In this document: one piece after another, positions 29,703 through 38,127 of the stretch
Numbering within the stretch: the stretch's first letter is position 1
Layout: every line of letters begins with the position of its first letter
Assembly: GCA_001779195.1 (NCBI GenBank)
Contig: MFJL01000014.1
Location: 9,522 to 73,521, forward strand
Length of the DNA stretch: 64,000 nucleotides
From: Candidatus Gottesmanbacteria bacterium RIFCSPHIGHO2_02_FULL_39_11
GTDB lineage: Bacteria; Patescibacteriota; Microgenomatia; 2-02-FULL-39-11
Direction: 5' to 3'
Made by a program: the position numbers and the translations under genes
Notes under the pieces: model-generated
What the model was told of the DNA's origin: nothing
Seen by the model: only the letters and a program-made list of their open reading frames with translations
Database searches by the model: none

Positions 29703-31050
29703 AAGAGACTCCCAGTTTTTTTAAAATGTTTAAATAATAGTTGTGTTTTTCTTTCCACCAAATTTTACTTTTCTGTGCATTTTTTCTCGCTTTTTTTAAC
29801 ATAAGATTTCCTGTGCCTCCCAGGTGGGTTGATAACTTTATAATTTCCGCTGGATCAAACAGAGGAAGACTACCCAAAGACTTTCCGATTTTTTTATAAG
29901 CGTCCCTAAAGGGCATCCCCTTTTTTACCAGCAAATAAGAAGCATGCACTGCAAAAATTTCAGGCGTGAAAGACTTTTTCAGCATCTGTGTATTCGGTTC
30001 AATTGAATTAATAACTAATTTGCATATGCTTAGCGCATCTTTAACCATTTCAATGCTTTTTATGAAAGGATATTTAGTCTCTGCAAAATCTCCCTGATAT
30101 CCTGAGGGCAATCCGGCAATAATTCCCGCAATACTTTGCTCAAAGGAAATAACAACATGAGTTCTGGCTCTTAAACTCTCCAGAACATCCAAATTTTTCT
30201 TTTGAGGCATGATGCTGGATCCAGTTGATAATGTTTTATCAACATTAAAAAAATTAAATTCGCTTGTTGTAAAAAGAAGAATATCGGAAGCAAACCGGGA
30301 TAGTGTCAGCATAATCTGAAGTGCTGCATGCATAACAATCAAATGAGATTTACCCCGGGAACTTCCCGCATACAAGCTGTTGCTTTGAACCCGTTTAAAT
30401 CCTAAAAGTTTTGCGGTCAATTCTCTATCCAGCACCAAGGGAACACCATAAGAAGCAGCTGATCCCAAAGGAGACTGGTCATTAATTATAAATGCGCATT
30501 TAAGCATGTTCAGATCGTCAGTCAAGCTTTCTGCAAAACTCCCCGACCACATTCCGACTGAGGAGGGCATTGCCTTCTGCATATGAGTGTATCCGGGCAT
30601 GGGAACAAGCTTATATTTATCTGCAAAATCTAAAAAAGAAGAAACTAGTCTATGGCATAAAAATGAAATCTTAAACAGGTTTTCTTTTGTAAAAAGCCTA
30701 AGATCGGTAAGTACCTGGTCGTTTCTGCTTCTGCCTGTGTGGATTTTCTTGCCTAAATCACCTAGCTTTGAGACTAAATAATTTTCAACTTTTGTATGTA
30801 CATCCTCATCGCCCAATTCAACTTTAAACTTTCTCTTTTTCTCGAGTTTTATTATCTCAATAAGAGCATGTTTCAGCTTTTTAAATTCCTCTTTTGTCAG
30901 AACATCTATTTGACAAAGCATTTGAGCATGAGAAATTGATCCTAAGACATCAGGAACAATAAGTACATTATCCAAAAGCGCTGTATCGCCGAAACAATAC
31001 GTTTCAGCCAATTTATTCTGTGAGTAGTCTTTTTGCCATAATTTTTCCAT
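29686..31050 (-). CDS. argH: Argininosuccinate lyase
   Basis: 454 aa with the fumarate-lyase signature GSSIMPQKKN, TGRSRNDQV and an ArgH-like N-terminus (KLWQKDYS...DVLGSISHAQML). Confidence 0.9.
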   Translation of the reverse strand: MEKLWQKDYSQNKLAETYCFGDTALLDNVLIVPDVLGSISHAQMLCQIDVLTKEEFKKLKHALIEIIKLEKKRKFKVELGDEDVHTKVENYLVSKLGDLGKKIHTGRSRNDQVLTDLRLFTKENLFKISFLCHRLVSSFLDFADKYKLVPMPGYTHMQKAMPSSVGMWSGSFAESLTDDLNMLKCAFIINDQSPLGSAASYGVPLVLDRELTAKLLGFKRVQSNSLYAGSSRGKSHLIVMHAALQIMLTLSRFASDILLFTTSEFNFFNVDKTLSTGSSIMPQKKNLDVLESLRARTHVVISFEQSIAGIIAGLPSGYQGDFAETKYPFIKSIEMVKDALSICKLVINSIEPNTQMLKKSFTPEIFAVHASYLLVKKGMPFRDAYKKIGKSLGSLPLFDPAEIIKLSTHLGGTGNLMLKKARKNAQKSKIWWKEKHNYYLNILKKLGVSYERKN

Positions 31051-31100
31051 AAAAAAAGCCCCTTCCGCCTTTCATCAGAAGATGAAAGACTGATAGGGGC
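31051..31100 (-). terminator. Intrinsic terminator of the T-box leader, abutting the argH ATG
   Basis: GCCCCT...AGGGGC stem with an internal 8-bp CTTTCATC/GATGAAAG helix, followed by TTTTTTT (plus-strand A7 at 31051-31057) immediately before ATG at 31050. Confidence 0.65.
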
Positions 31101-31345
31101 GATTAATAAACCGCGGTACCACCCTGTTTCTTTTATCCCATTAAAAAATCCGCCCTGTGGCGGATGCAAACTCGTTTGAGATAAAACTCATTCAAGCGCT
31201 CCGTTTCCGACACGCTTTGTCTTATTTGTACGGTTGACTTCCGTCGTAGTTATTCCTTCGACTTTGCTCAGGATTTTTCCTACGCAGCGTTTCGACATTC
31301 GTGCCGAATCATCTACTGCGGTAGACTTATACGCTTTTGCAATAT
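31051..31345 (-). promoter_or_regulatory. T-box riboswitch leader (tRNA-sensing antitermination) upstream of argH-argG
   Basis: The minus-strand sequence AGGGTGGTACCGCGG (31111-31125) matches the T-box consensus AGGGUGGNACCGCG. The antiterminator 3' strand CGCCCCT overlaps the 5' strand of the terminator hairpin. A stem-III-like hairpin lies at 31148-31165. The segment is GC-rich and about 295 nt long. Confidence 0.7.
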
Positions 31346-31351
31346 GAAATT

Positions 31352-31379
31352 AGTATACATCCTTTTGATAAAAAATCAA
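31352..31379 (-). promoter_or_regulatory. Predicted promoter for the T-box leader / argHG operon
   Basis: On the minus strand TTGATT (31374-31379), a 16-bp spacer and TATACT (31352-31357). It overlaps the stop codon of the upstream GT2 gene. Confidence 0.4.
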
Positions 31380-32278
31380 ATTTTGAAAAGTGAAACCAAT
31401 CTTTTAAACTCAATTGCACCAAGGATTAACCCTTTAACCCACCATGGGTATCTCTTCTGATAATGTTTTTTGTAAAATATTTTCATCACATCAAACCGGG
31501 CATTTGTGGCTTTTATCTTTGTCTCACGTGTTACGTTTGATAGGTCTATGGAATGCTTTTTTATCCCACTGCTCACTCCTTTATAATGCAGAATGGATAC
31601 CTGAGGAATATAGATAATTTTGCCTCCTTTTTCTTTTATGCGAAAGCAGAAATCCAAATCCTCCCCATACCAGAAATAGTCTTCATCCAGCCACCCAACT
31701 CTTTCCCCTGCGCTTCTTCTGATTAGAAGACATGCTCCTACTCCGCTGTCAATTTCATGAACTTTGTCTAAGTCTTTATACCCTAAATGATATCCATTTA
31801 ATAAATTACTATTTGGAAATAGTTTGCTAATCCCTAAAAAGTGGCAGAATGCATTCCATGGAGTAGGAAATCCTCTATGAGATGCATCATCCATCTGACC
31901 ATTTAGCAATACTATTTTAGGCGTTACAACAGCAACATCTGAATGACTGTCCAGATAGGAAACTAATGTTTCAATCGTTTTATCACTAATTACCGTATCA
32001 GGATTTAGAAGAAGAACGTAGTCTCCTTTTGATTTTTTTATAAGAATGTTGTTCGCTTTTGCAAATCCTACATTTATATCGCTTTGAAATACTTCTATAT
32101 CCTTAAAAGTTTTTTTAATGTAATCAAAACTTCCATCTGTTGAGGCATTATCCATTACTAAAATTTCGTACGTTAAATTATTAGGAATGCTTTTTTTAAG
32201 CGAGTCAACGCATTCCTTTATAAGGTTTTTAGAATTAAACGCAACTATAATAATAGATAATTTAAGATTTTTTGCCAT
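31376..32278 (-). CDS. Glycosyltransferase family 2 (GT-A)
   Basis: LSIIIVAFNSKN, DNASTDGS and a DxD-type GT2 fold. The start is adjusted to the internal ATG at 32276-32278 (MAKNLKLSII); the track ORF extends to 32368. Confidence 0.75.
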   Translation of the reverse strand: MAKNLKLSIIIVAFNSKNLIKECVDSLKKSIPNNLTYEILVMDNASTDGSFDYIKKTFKDIEVFQSDINVGFAKANNILIKKSKGDYVLLLNPDTVISDKTIETLVSYLDSHSDVAVVTPKIVLLNGQMDDASHRGFPTPWNAFCHFLGISKLFPNSNLLNGYHLGYKDLDKVHEIDSGVGACLLIRRSAGERVGWLDEDYFWYGEDLDFCFRIKEKGGKIIYIPQVSILHYKGVSSGIKKHSIDLSNVTRETKIKATNARFDVMKIFYKKHYQKRYPWWVKGLILGAIEFKRLVSLFKI

Positions 32279-33458
32279 AATATGCCCCTTCATAAATTCG
32301 ATCCAGATGTGAGGCAATTGTTTTCCAATTGAAGTTTTTTTCAACAAATGCCCGTCCTTCATAGGCAAGTCTTTCTGATAATTTGGGATTGGTTAAGACT
32401 TGAATTGTTTTATGAGCAAGTTCCTCAGGTGTCTCACCAATTAATGCATTTTTCCCGTCAACGGCGTTTAATCCTTCAATCCCAATTGATGTTGTGACGA
32501 CAGGAAGTCCGGATGCCATGGATTCAAGTATTTTATACCGGGTACCTCCCGGGCCGTATATGGGGGCAAGCATTACATCGGCGTTTGAGTATGCATCCGT
32601 AATGTTTTTAATATCAGATGAGACTTTGACCCAATCTGATTCATATTTTTTAAGAGACTCGGGAGCTGATCTTCCGACAATCCAGAGATTTGCCTGGGGC
32701 ATTTCCTTTCTTATAAGCGGCCATATTTTCTGCAAAAGTATCTCAACTGCCTCCCGGTTTTGAAGCCACTTAAACTGACCTACAAAAAGAATTGTTTTTT
32801 TCTTTCCGGTATTTTTTTTGCGGTTTATTTTGAAAAATTGGGCATCCACTCCATTGGGAACTAAATCAACGTTAATTCCCGGAACTAAATCCTCCATTAT
32901 TTTTTTATCAGCTTCAGACATAGCAACTACTCTTTTTGCATCTTTCCAGTATTTTTTTTCAAAATATCTGATTTTTAAGACATCAAAAAGCATGAGTATT
33001 TTTACAGGTAAAAATGTTACGGTTTCCGTATAGTGTTTATACACCAGATATTCAATGGTTTGTTCCACGAGAATTGTCGGCGTTGTGGTTTTTGGGATAT
33101 TGGGAAGCACATAAAATGTCTCAGCGTGGATAAGATCAAACCTCTTATTTTCAACAAGCTTGGCAATCTGAGATCTGACACTTCTTCTAAGATACAGACA
33201 TACAACCAAGGGATAAATGCTGATTGCTGACAATACCAGACTTTTTAACGACCACGGTTTCCTTTTTTGAAAAACATAAACACTTTCACAAAATTTCCTC
33301 AGCTCCTCTATATATTTTTTTTCACTATCATCCCGGATAAAAGAAACAAGGGTAATATGATGTTTGTGGGAAAGATTCTTCAGAAGATTGTATGTCCGTA
33401 TCTGGCCTCCGGAATACAACGGATAGGGCAAATAGGGAGTAAGCATCAGTATCTTCAT
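32262..33458 (-). CDS. Glycosyltransferase family 4 (GT-B)
   Basis: 398 aa with the E-x7-E motif ESMASGLPVVTTSIGIEGL. Confidence 0.8.
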   Translation of the reverse strand: MKILMLTPYLPYPLYSGGQIRTYNLLKNLSHKHHITLVSFIRDDSEKKYIEELRKFCESVYVFQKRKPWSLKSLVLSAISIYPLVVCLYLRRSVRSQIAKLVENKRFDLIHAETFYVLPNIPKTTTPTILVEQTIEYLVYKHYTETVTFLPVKILMLFDVLKIRYFEKKYWKDAKRVVAMSEADKKIMEDLVPGINVDLVPNGVDAQFFKINRKKNTGKKKTILFVGQFKWLQNREAVEILLQKIWPLIRKEMPQANLWIVGRSAPESLKKYESDWVKVSSDIKNITDAYSNADVMLAPIYGPGGTRYKILESMASGLPVVTTSIGIEGLNAVDGKNALIGETPEELAHKTIQVLTNPKLSERLAYEGRAFVEKNFNWKTIASHLDRIYEGAYYGKKS

Positions 33459-33459
33459 A

Positions 33460-36400
33460 CTATCTTTGGGGAAGATCTTTATCCGGTACTAATTGAATAA
33501 GAATATAGTTAGGCAACTCCTGAATAATTTTATATCCTTTTGTGCTTTCTTTATTCAGAGCTTCTCTCATGAGCTGCTGGGTCACATCATCATAATTTAG
33601 GGATACATAATAATCAGCTCCCTTTTTAACAAGGCTGTCAATTGGCTCGGTGAGAACAGGCCATCCCCACCGGTGGGTCTGGTATAAAAACGCGGTATCT
33701 CCATTATAGGGAGCAACCACAAGCGCTTTATCCGGAGTGTATTTTTCAACAGCCAAGCCTGCTTCAATAATTTCAGGATGATTGATATTGTAATAGTCTT
33801 TAATAAAATACCATCCGAACATCAGCATAAAAATAAAACATATCAAAACAAAGGGATAGACAAAAACCCTATTAAATATCTTTCCTGCATGATCCAGAAG
33901 AAAAACTACTCCCTTAGCGGCAAAAATACATAGAATAGGCACTATAAATATCTGATAATAATCATGCCTTACATTTCCCGTTGCAATAACAACAAGATAC
34001 AAAAGTGCTCCGAGTCCCCATATATGAAAAACCCATCCTTCCTTCGGTTTTTTAAACAGGAGTCCCAGAGAAACAAAAACAACGCCCCAGTAGCCCAGAA
34101 TAAGTCTTCCAATTCGGTCTGCAAATATCCAGTAAAACCAGGCACCTTTGAACCGAATTCCGTCTCCGTTTAAAAGCCAAGTATATGCCGGGACTCCTTC
34201 AGGGAAATTGGCAACCCATTTTCTCCATAAGAGAAGTGGAATAAGTGTCGCAAAAAGCGCAATTCCGATTGCAAGCAACGTTGAAAAAGAAAGCTTAAGT
34301 CTTCTGATAAATACATATATAACAACAGGATATAAAAAGAGTGAGATGGGCTTAATTAAAGCAGCTCCGGATGCAAAGAGAAGGGCTAAAATGCCCGTTA
34401 ATATTAATTTAAGAATGATCCTTTTTTCTCTTTTTCCCTTACTGAATAAGGCAAGATGTATGGCAAATGTATCAAAGAAATAAATCATTCCGACAGATAA
34501 AGAAGCCAAAAGGGGTTCGGGCAAAATGACACGGCTGAAAAAAATATTGTATGGAATAACCGCAAAAAATATGGCAGTTAAAACCGATTCGCGTCTTCCT
34601 AAGAATCGTCTGGCAATAAGAAAAAGAAATATAATAGAGAGCAGGCTTGCAAATATGGAAGTCAGACGGCCTGAAATTTCAATCGTGTAACCGACAAAAA
34701 TCTTGTCCGTGACAGTTGAAAAAAAGTTGTACAAAGGAAATTCTACCATCCGGTATCCGTTGGGATTGTCCTTTCCGGATGCTACATTTGAAAGGTCATG
34801 GTAGGTAGGATACAAAAGATTAATTCCGTTTCTGACAAAACTGCGCGTTACCGAGGAAGTATCTGCCTGCCTCCATGAATGCCAGTCAGCAATAGGAGAA
34901 GTGATTTTATAAAGCCTGACGAAAAAAGCTAAGCCTAAAATAACCAGAAGAATAAATAAGTCCCCTTTTATAAAATGAAGAATACGGACCCTCGTACCTA
35001 TAAAAAATTCCGAGAGATCAGGAATGGAAGGCTTATCAACAGGACCTTTATGATCTTTTTTTAGAATCATAAGAGCAGAGAGGATAATTCCGCTTATTGC
35101 CCAAAACGTAAATGCGACTTTGGATGAAACAAATACATCAATATAAACTGCATTTGCAAAAAGCCCCATTGAAAGTCCGATAAATCCTGCAAAAAGAGAG
35201 AAAAATATAGGATCCTGCGCCACTTTAAGGTTTCTCCACACCAGATACATAGCTACGATGACGGTTCCGTAAAAAGCTACAAATCCCAAGATTCCCGTCT
35301 CCCCCAAGGTTCTAAGATAATCATTGTCGGTTGATTCCGCATCGGTAAAATCAGTAACATTTTGCTTATTAAGAGTTGCGTATCCGCTCCCCAGCAGGGG
35401 ATCCCGTTTAAATCCCGCAATAGCCATAGGCCAAAGTGCATCCAGACGTATCGCGGTTGAAAGATCATATCGAAACGCGGTGTTGGAATAGGTTCTATTT
35501 GTTGGAGTTAATACAGAACTGTCTGTAGCTGTTGGAATCAAAAGAGGGACATCCTCGTATACATCGCTCGGCCGACGGAGTGAAGGAGGCATATCACTCT
35601 TTGAGGTAATCTGAGATATGATATCGGAATTATTTTCAAGAAAAAGAGCGTTTTGAGTAGGCCTTTGAGCAAGAGGAGACATAAAAAGTGACTTGATATT
35701 TCCCAGTCTTTCATCCAACTTTAACAGTTTAGTAAACCGTTCAGACAGGTCCCCAAAAGACAGCATAAGAACAATAGATAAGGTAATCACCCCTATCCAC
35801 CGTGCTACCGACCATGCAATCCCCTTCCGATATGCCCATATGAAAAACATAAAAGTCAGTCCTCCCAGATAGGCAAGAAAAGAGATTCGAGAGGCAGTAA
35901 GTATTAGAGTCCAAAAAGCTGCTCCTATAATTACAAAAACACCAGCTCGTAAGTACCACCTCTTTACTGCAAAAAATAGACTCCACAAGAGAATAAGCAC
36001 CATCATGATAAAAGCCGCAAGATCATAGTGACCTCCGAATGTTGAGAGAACCCGGGCATGTTCCGTAAGATACAAAACCCAGCCCTTAGAAAACTCCCGA
36101 TTCATAGTAGAAAAAGCCGGCCAATATAGATATTTTTGACCAAACCCATACACTGCTACACACACAACAGTAGCTAGAAGAATTCCGATTAATATTTTCA
36201 CCTGCTTGAGATTTCTAATCGACGAAAAAAGAATAAAAAACAGTGAAAAATACTCAATACGTCTGAGGTAATGAAGAACCATTTTGCCGATATGTAGAGT
36301 CTGTAAAGGAACTGTTTGGATGACAAAAACAGCCGTAATCATGGTCAAAAACCCGAAAGTAAGATAAATTAAAATTGGTTTAAACAGGGGATAGTCAGAT

Positions 36401-36603
36401 AGCTTTGTTTTTCCCCGAATGAGGTAGAAAAGCCAGAGTAAAATCGCAAAACTTACTATAAAATCCTCAATTCTTACTCGGACTATATATCCGGGAAGAG
36501 CATCTAAAAGAGGAAGCTTAGGCATAAGAGGAATAAAAGCGATCAAAAACGCCGAGAAGGCAAATAAGAGATGGCTATCCAGCCACTTCAAAAGCTTTAT
36601 CAT
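33460..36603 (-). CDS. Fusion membrane protein: N-terminal Wzy_C/O-antigen ligase-like domain plus C-terminal ArnT/PMT-like GT-C glycosyltransferase (GT39/GT83-like)
   Basis: 1047 aa with more than 20 predicted TM segments. The N-half carries the O-antigen ligase/polymerase signature ...DNDYLRTLGETGILGFVAFYG. The C-half carries an ArnT/YkcB-like first loop (HSWRQADTSSV) and GT-C topology. Confidence 0.6.
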   Translation of the reverse strand: MIKLLKWLDSHLLFAFSAFLIAFIPLMPKLPLLDALPGYIVRVRIEDFIVSFAILLWLFYLIRGKTKLSDYPLFKPILIYLTFGFLTMITAVFVIQTVPLQTLHIGKMVLHYLRRIEYFSLFFILFSSIRNLKQVKILIGILLATVVCVAVYGFGQKYLYWPAFSTMNREFSKGWVLYLTEHARVLSTFGGHYDLAAFIMMVLILLWSLFFAVKRWYLRAGVFVIIGAAFWTLILTASRISFLAYLGGLTFMFFIWAYRKGIAWSVARWIGVITLSIVLMLSFGDLSERFTKLLKLDERLGNIKSLFMSPLAQRPTQNALFLENNSDIISQITSKSDMPPSLRRPSDVYEDVPLLIPTATDSSVLTPTNRTYSNTAFRYDLSTAIRLDALWPMAIAGFKRDPLLGSGYATLNKQNVTDFTDAESTDNDYLRTLGETGILGFVAFYGTVIVAMYLVWRNLKVAQDPIFFSLFAGFIGLSMGLFANAVYIDVFVSSKVAFTFWAISGIILSALMILKKDHKGPVDKPSIPDLSEFFIGTRVRILHFIKGDLFILLVILGLAFFVRLYKITSPIADWHSWRQADTSSVTRSFVRNGINLLYPTYHDLSNVASGKDNPNGYRMVEFPLYNFFSTVTDKIFVGYTIEISGRLTSIFASLLSIIFLFLIARRFLGRRESVLTAIFFAVIPYNIFFSRVILPEPLLASLSVGMIYFFDTFAIHLALFSKGKREKRIILKLILTGILALLFASGAALIKPISLFLYPVVIYVFIRRLKLSFSTLLAIGIALFATLIPLLLWRKWVANFPEGVPAYTWLLNGDGIRFKGAWFYWIFADRIGRLILGYWGVVFVSLGLLFKKPKEGWVFHIWGLGALLYLVVIATGNVRHDYYQIFIVPILCIFAAKGVVFLLDHAGKIFNRVFVYPFVLICFIFMLMFGWYFIKDYYNINHPEIIEAGLAVEKYTPDKALVVAPYNGDTAFLYQTHRWGWPVLTEPIDSLVKKGADYYVSLNYDDVTQQLMREALNKESTKGYKIIQELPNYILIQLVPDKDLPQR

Positions 36604-37495
36604 AAAGTTCCTTGCGAGATTTATGCTTAGGTATTATACCAAATAAGATGCTTCTAAGCTTAATTCCTGCTTGTAGCAGAAGCTGAACCGTCTTCTGCTG
36701 CCACCGAGGCTTATATTTCCTGTAAAAATAAAGGATAAATTTAAATTCTTCAATGATTCCCGCGTCCTTGCCTATTCTTGATGAACCACCTTTGTCATGT
36801 ATAATTTGAATAGAAGGATCTAATTTTACCTCATATCCGGCCCATTTTATGCGAAAGCACCATTCTACCTCTTCTCCATACATAAAGAGAGATTCATCTA
36901 ACAGTCCAATCTTATCAACAACCTCTTTCCTAGCCATGAAATATGCTCCACTCACCCAGTCTACGTTCTGAGACTTTTTGTAAAATCCTGAATTTTCCAC
37001 ATGGTATGGCTTTAAAAAGTGATTCAGTAAAGGAATATCATCAACAAAGAACATCCAGTTAAAAACAGAAATTAAAGTAGGGAAAAAACCAGCAGACTTT
37101 TGCAATGTTCTATCTTCATACACGAGTTTTCCCCCGACAACTCCTAGAGATTTATCTTTTTTAAAATCTTCAATCGATTTTTCAATTGCCCGGTCATTTA
37201 CTCTGGCATCCGTATTTAAAAGAAGAATATACTCCCCTTTTGACTTTAAAATTGCCTGATTATTTGCCTTTGCAAATCCCACATTTTCTTTATTTTCGAT
37301 AAGCGTAACTCTAGGAAAGTTCTCCTTTAATGTTTTCAGGCTTTCATCAGATGAAGCATTATCAACAACCATTATTTCGCTCTTGTCTGTTAGATTTGAA
37401 ATTCTTAATGAGTTATATAGAGAATCAAGACAGGATTTAAGAAGAGAGGACGTATTGTAGTTGACGATAACAATAGATAAAAGACGCTTGTCCAC
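36575..37495 (-). CDS. Glycosyltransferase family 2 (GT-A)
   Basis: 306 aa with LSIVIVNYNTSSLL and VDNASSDES. Confidence 0.8.
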   Translation of the reverse strand: MDKRLLSIVIVNYNTSSLLKSCLDSLYNSLRISNLTDKSEIMVVDNASSDESLKTLKENFPRVTLIENKENVGFAKANNQAILKSKGEYILLLNTDARVNDRAIEKSIEDFKKDKSLGVVGGKLVYEDRTLQKSAGFFPTLISVFNWMFFVDDIPLLNHFLKPYHVENSGFYKKSQNVDWVSGAYFMARKEVVDKIGLLDESLFMYGEEVEWCFRIKWAGYEVKLDPSIQIIHDKGGSSRIGKDAGIIEEFKFILYFYRKYKPRWQQKTVQLLLQAGIKLRSILFGIIPKHKSRKELYDKAFEVAG

Positions 37496-37514
37496 ATTAT
37501 TTATTCCACTGCAC

Positions 37515-38108
37515 TTATTGAAATAATCTAGCTCTTCCTAATTTATAATTTAGATCTGTTCTTTTTCTCTTTCCGATTTCTTTTGCAGGCACTCCTGCCA
37601 CAACCGTGCATGGTTCTACATTTTTAGTAACTACTGCTCCGGCTCCTACTATTGCCCCTTTTCCGATTTTAACTCCAGGCAGGATAATAACTCGGGGCCC
37701 TATAAATACATAATCTTCAATAGTTACTTCCCCGTATTCAGCAGAAAAATCAATACTGTCTATATCATGCTGCGAGTTATAAACCATAACCTCGGACGCG
37801 ATTGCCACATGATTTCCGATGGTAAGCCCGGCACGTCCGTCTAAAAATACCCTATTCCCAATAATCGTATCCTCGCCTATTTTTATATTACTCGGTTCGT
37901 AGAAATTAGCTCCCACATGGATACGGGAACCGTGTCCAAGTCTAATACCTGCTGCTTTATAAAAAAGAAGACGGATGCTGTGAACGGGAACATGTCCGAC
38001 AAAACGGAGAATCATCAGTTCAAAATCAAGGAGAATGCTGAAAAAACGATTTTGAATTTTTTTAAGAATTTCCGAATTACTCAGTACTCTTCCGTTTTTA
38101 TCTTTCAT
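37515..38108 (-). CDS. Hexapeptide-repeat sugar O-acetyltransferase (WcaF/MAT-like)
   Basis: 197 aa with left-handed beta-helix repeats (IGNHVAIASEV, IGPRVIILPGVKIGKGAIVGAGAVV). Confidence 0.75.
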   Translation of the reverse strand: MKDKNGRVLSNSEILKKIQNRFFSILLDFELMILRFVGHVPVHSIRLLFYKAAGIRLGHGSRIHVGANFYEPSNIKIGEDTIIGNRVFLDGRAGLTIGNHVAIASEVMVYNSQHDIDSIDFSAEYGEVTIEDYVFIGPRVIILPGVKIGKGAIVGAGAVVTKNVEPCTVVAGVPAKEIGKRKRTDLNYKLGRARLFQ

Positions 38109-38127
38109 ACAATCAAAAGTATACCTC

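Noticed and set aside
31051-31375. GC-rich structured intergenic region was first considered as tmRNA, RNase P RNA, SRP RNA or a stand-alone sRNA with two tandem terminators
   Set aside because: None of the diagnostic motifs was present: no tmRNA GGGG...GGATTCGAC acceptor/tag frame, no RNase P GAAAGTCCGGGC / P4 motif, no SRP AGGUCCGGAAGGAAGCAGC. The T-box consensus AGGGTGGTACCGCGG with an antiterminator/terminator overlap explains the structure better, and the upstream hairpin fits stem III.
32262-32368. Apparent 107-bp overlap between the GT2 (31376-32368) and GT4 (32262-33458) ORFs, and similar long overlaps at 39285-39336, 41127-41191 and 60412-60514
   Set aside because: In each case an internal in-frame ATG gives a conventional 4-17 bp overlap (for example MAKNLKLSII at 32278, MTIKIGIDG at 39288, MRNAGTIFFF at 60415). 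The long overlaps are artefacts of longest-ORF calling.
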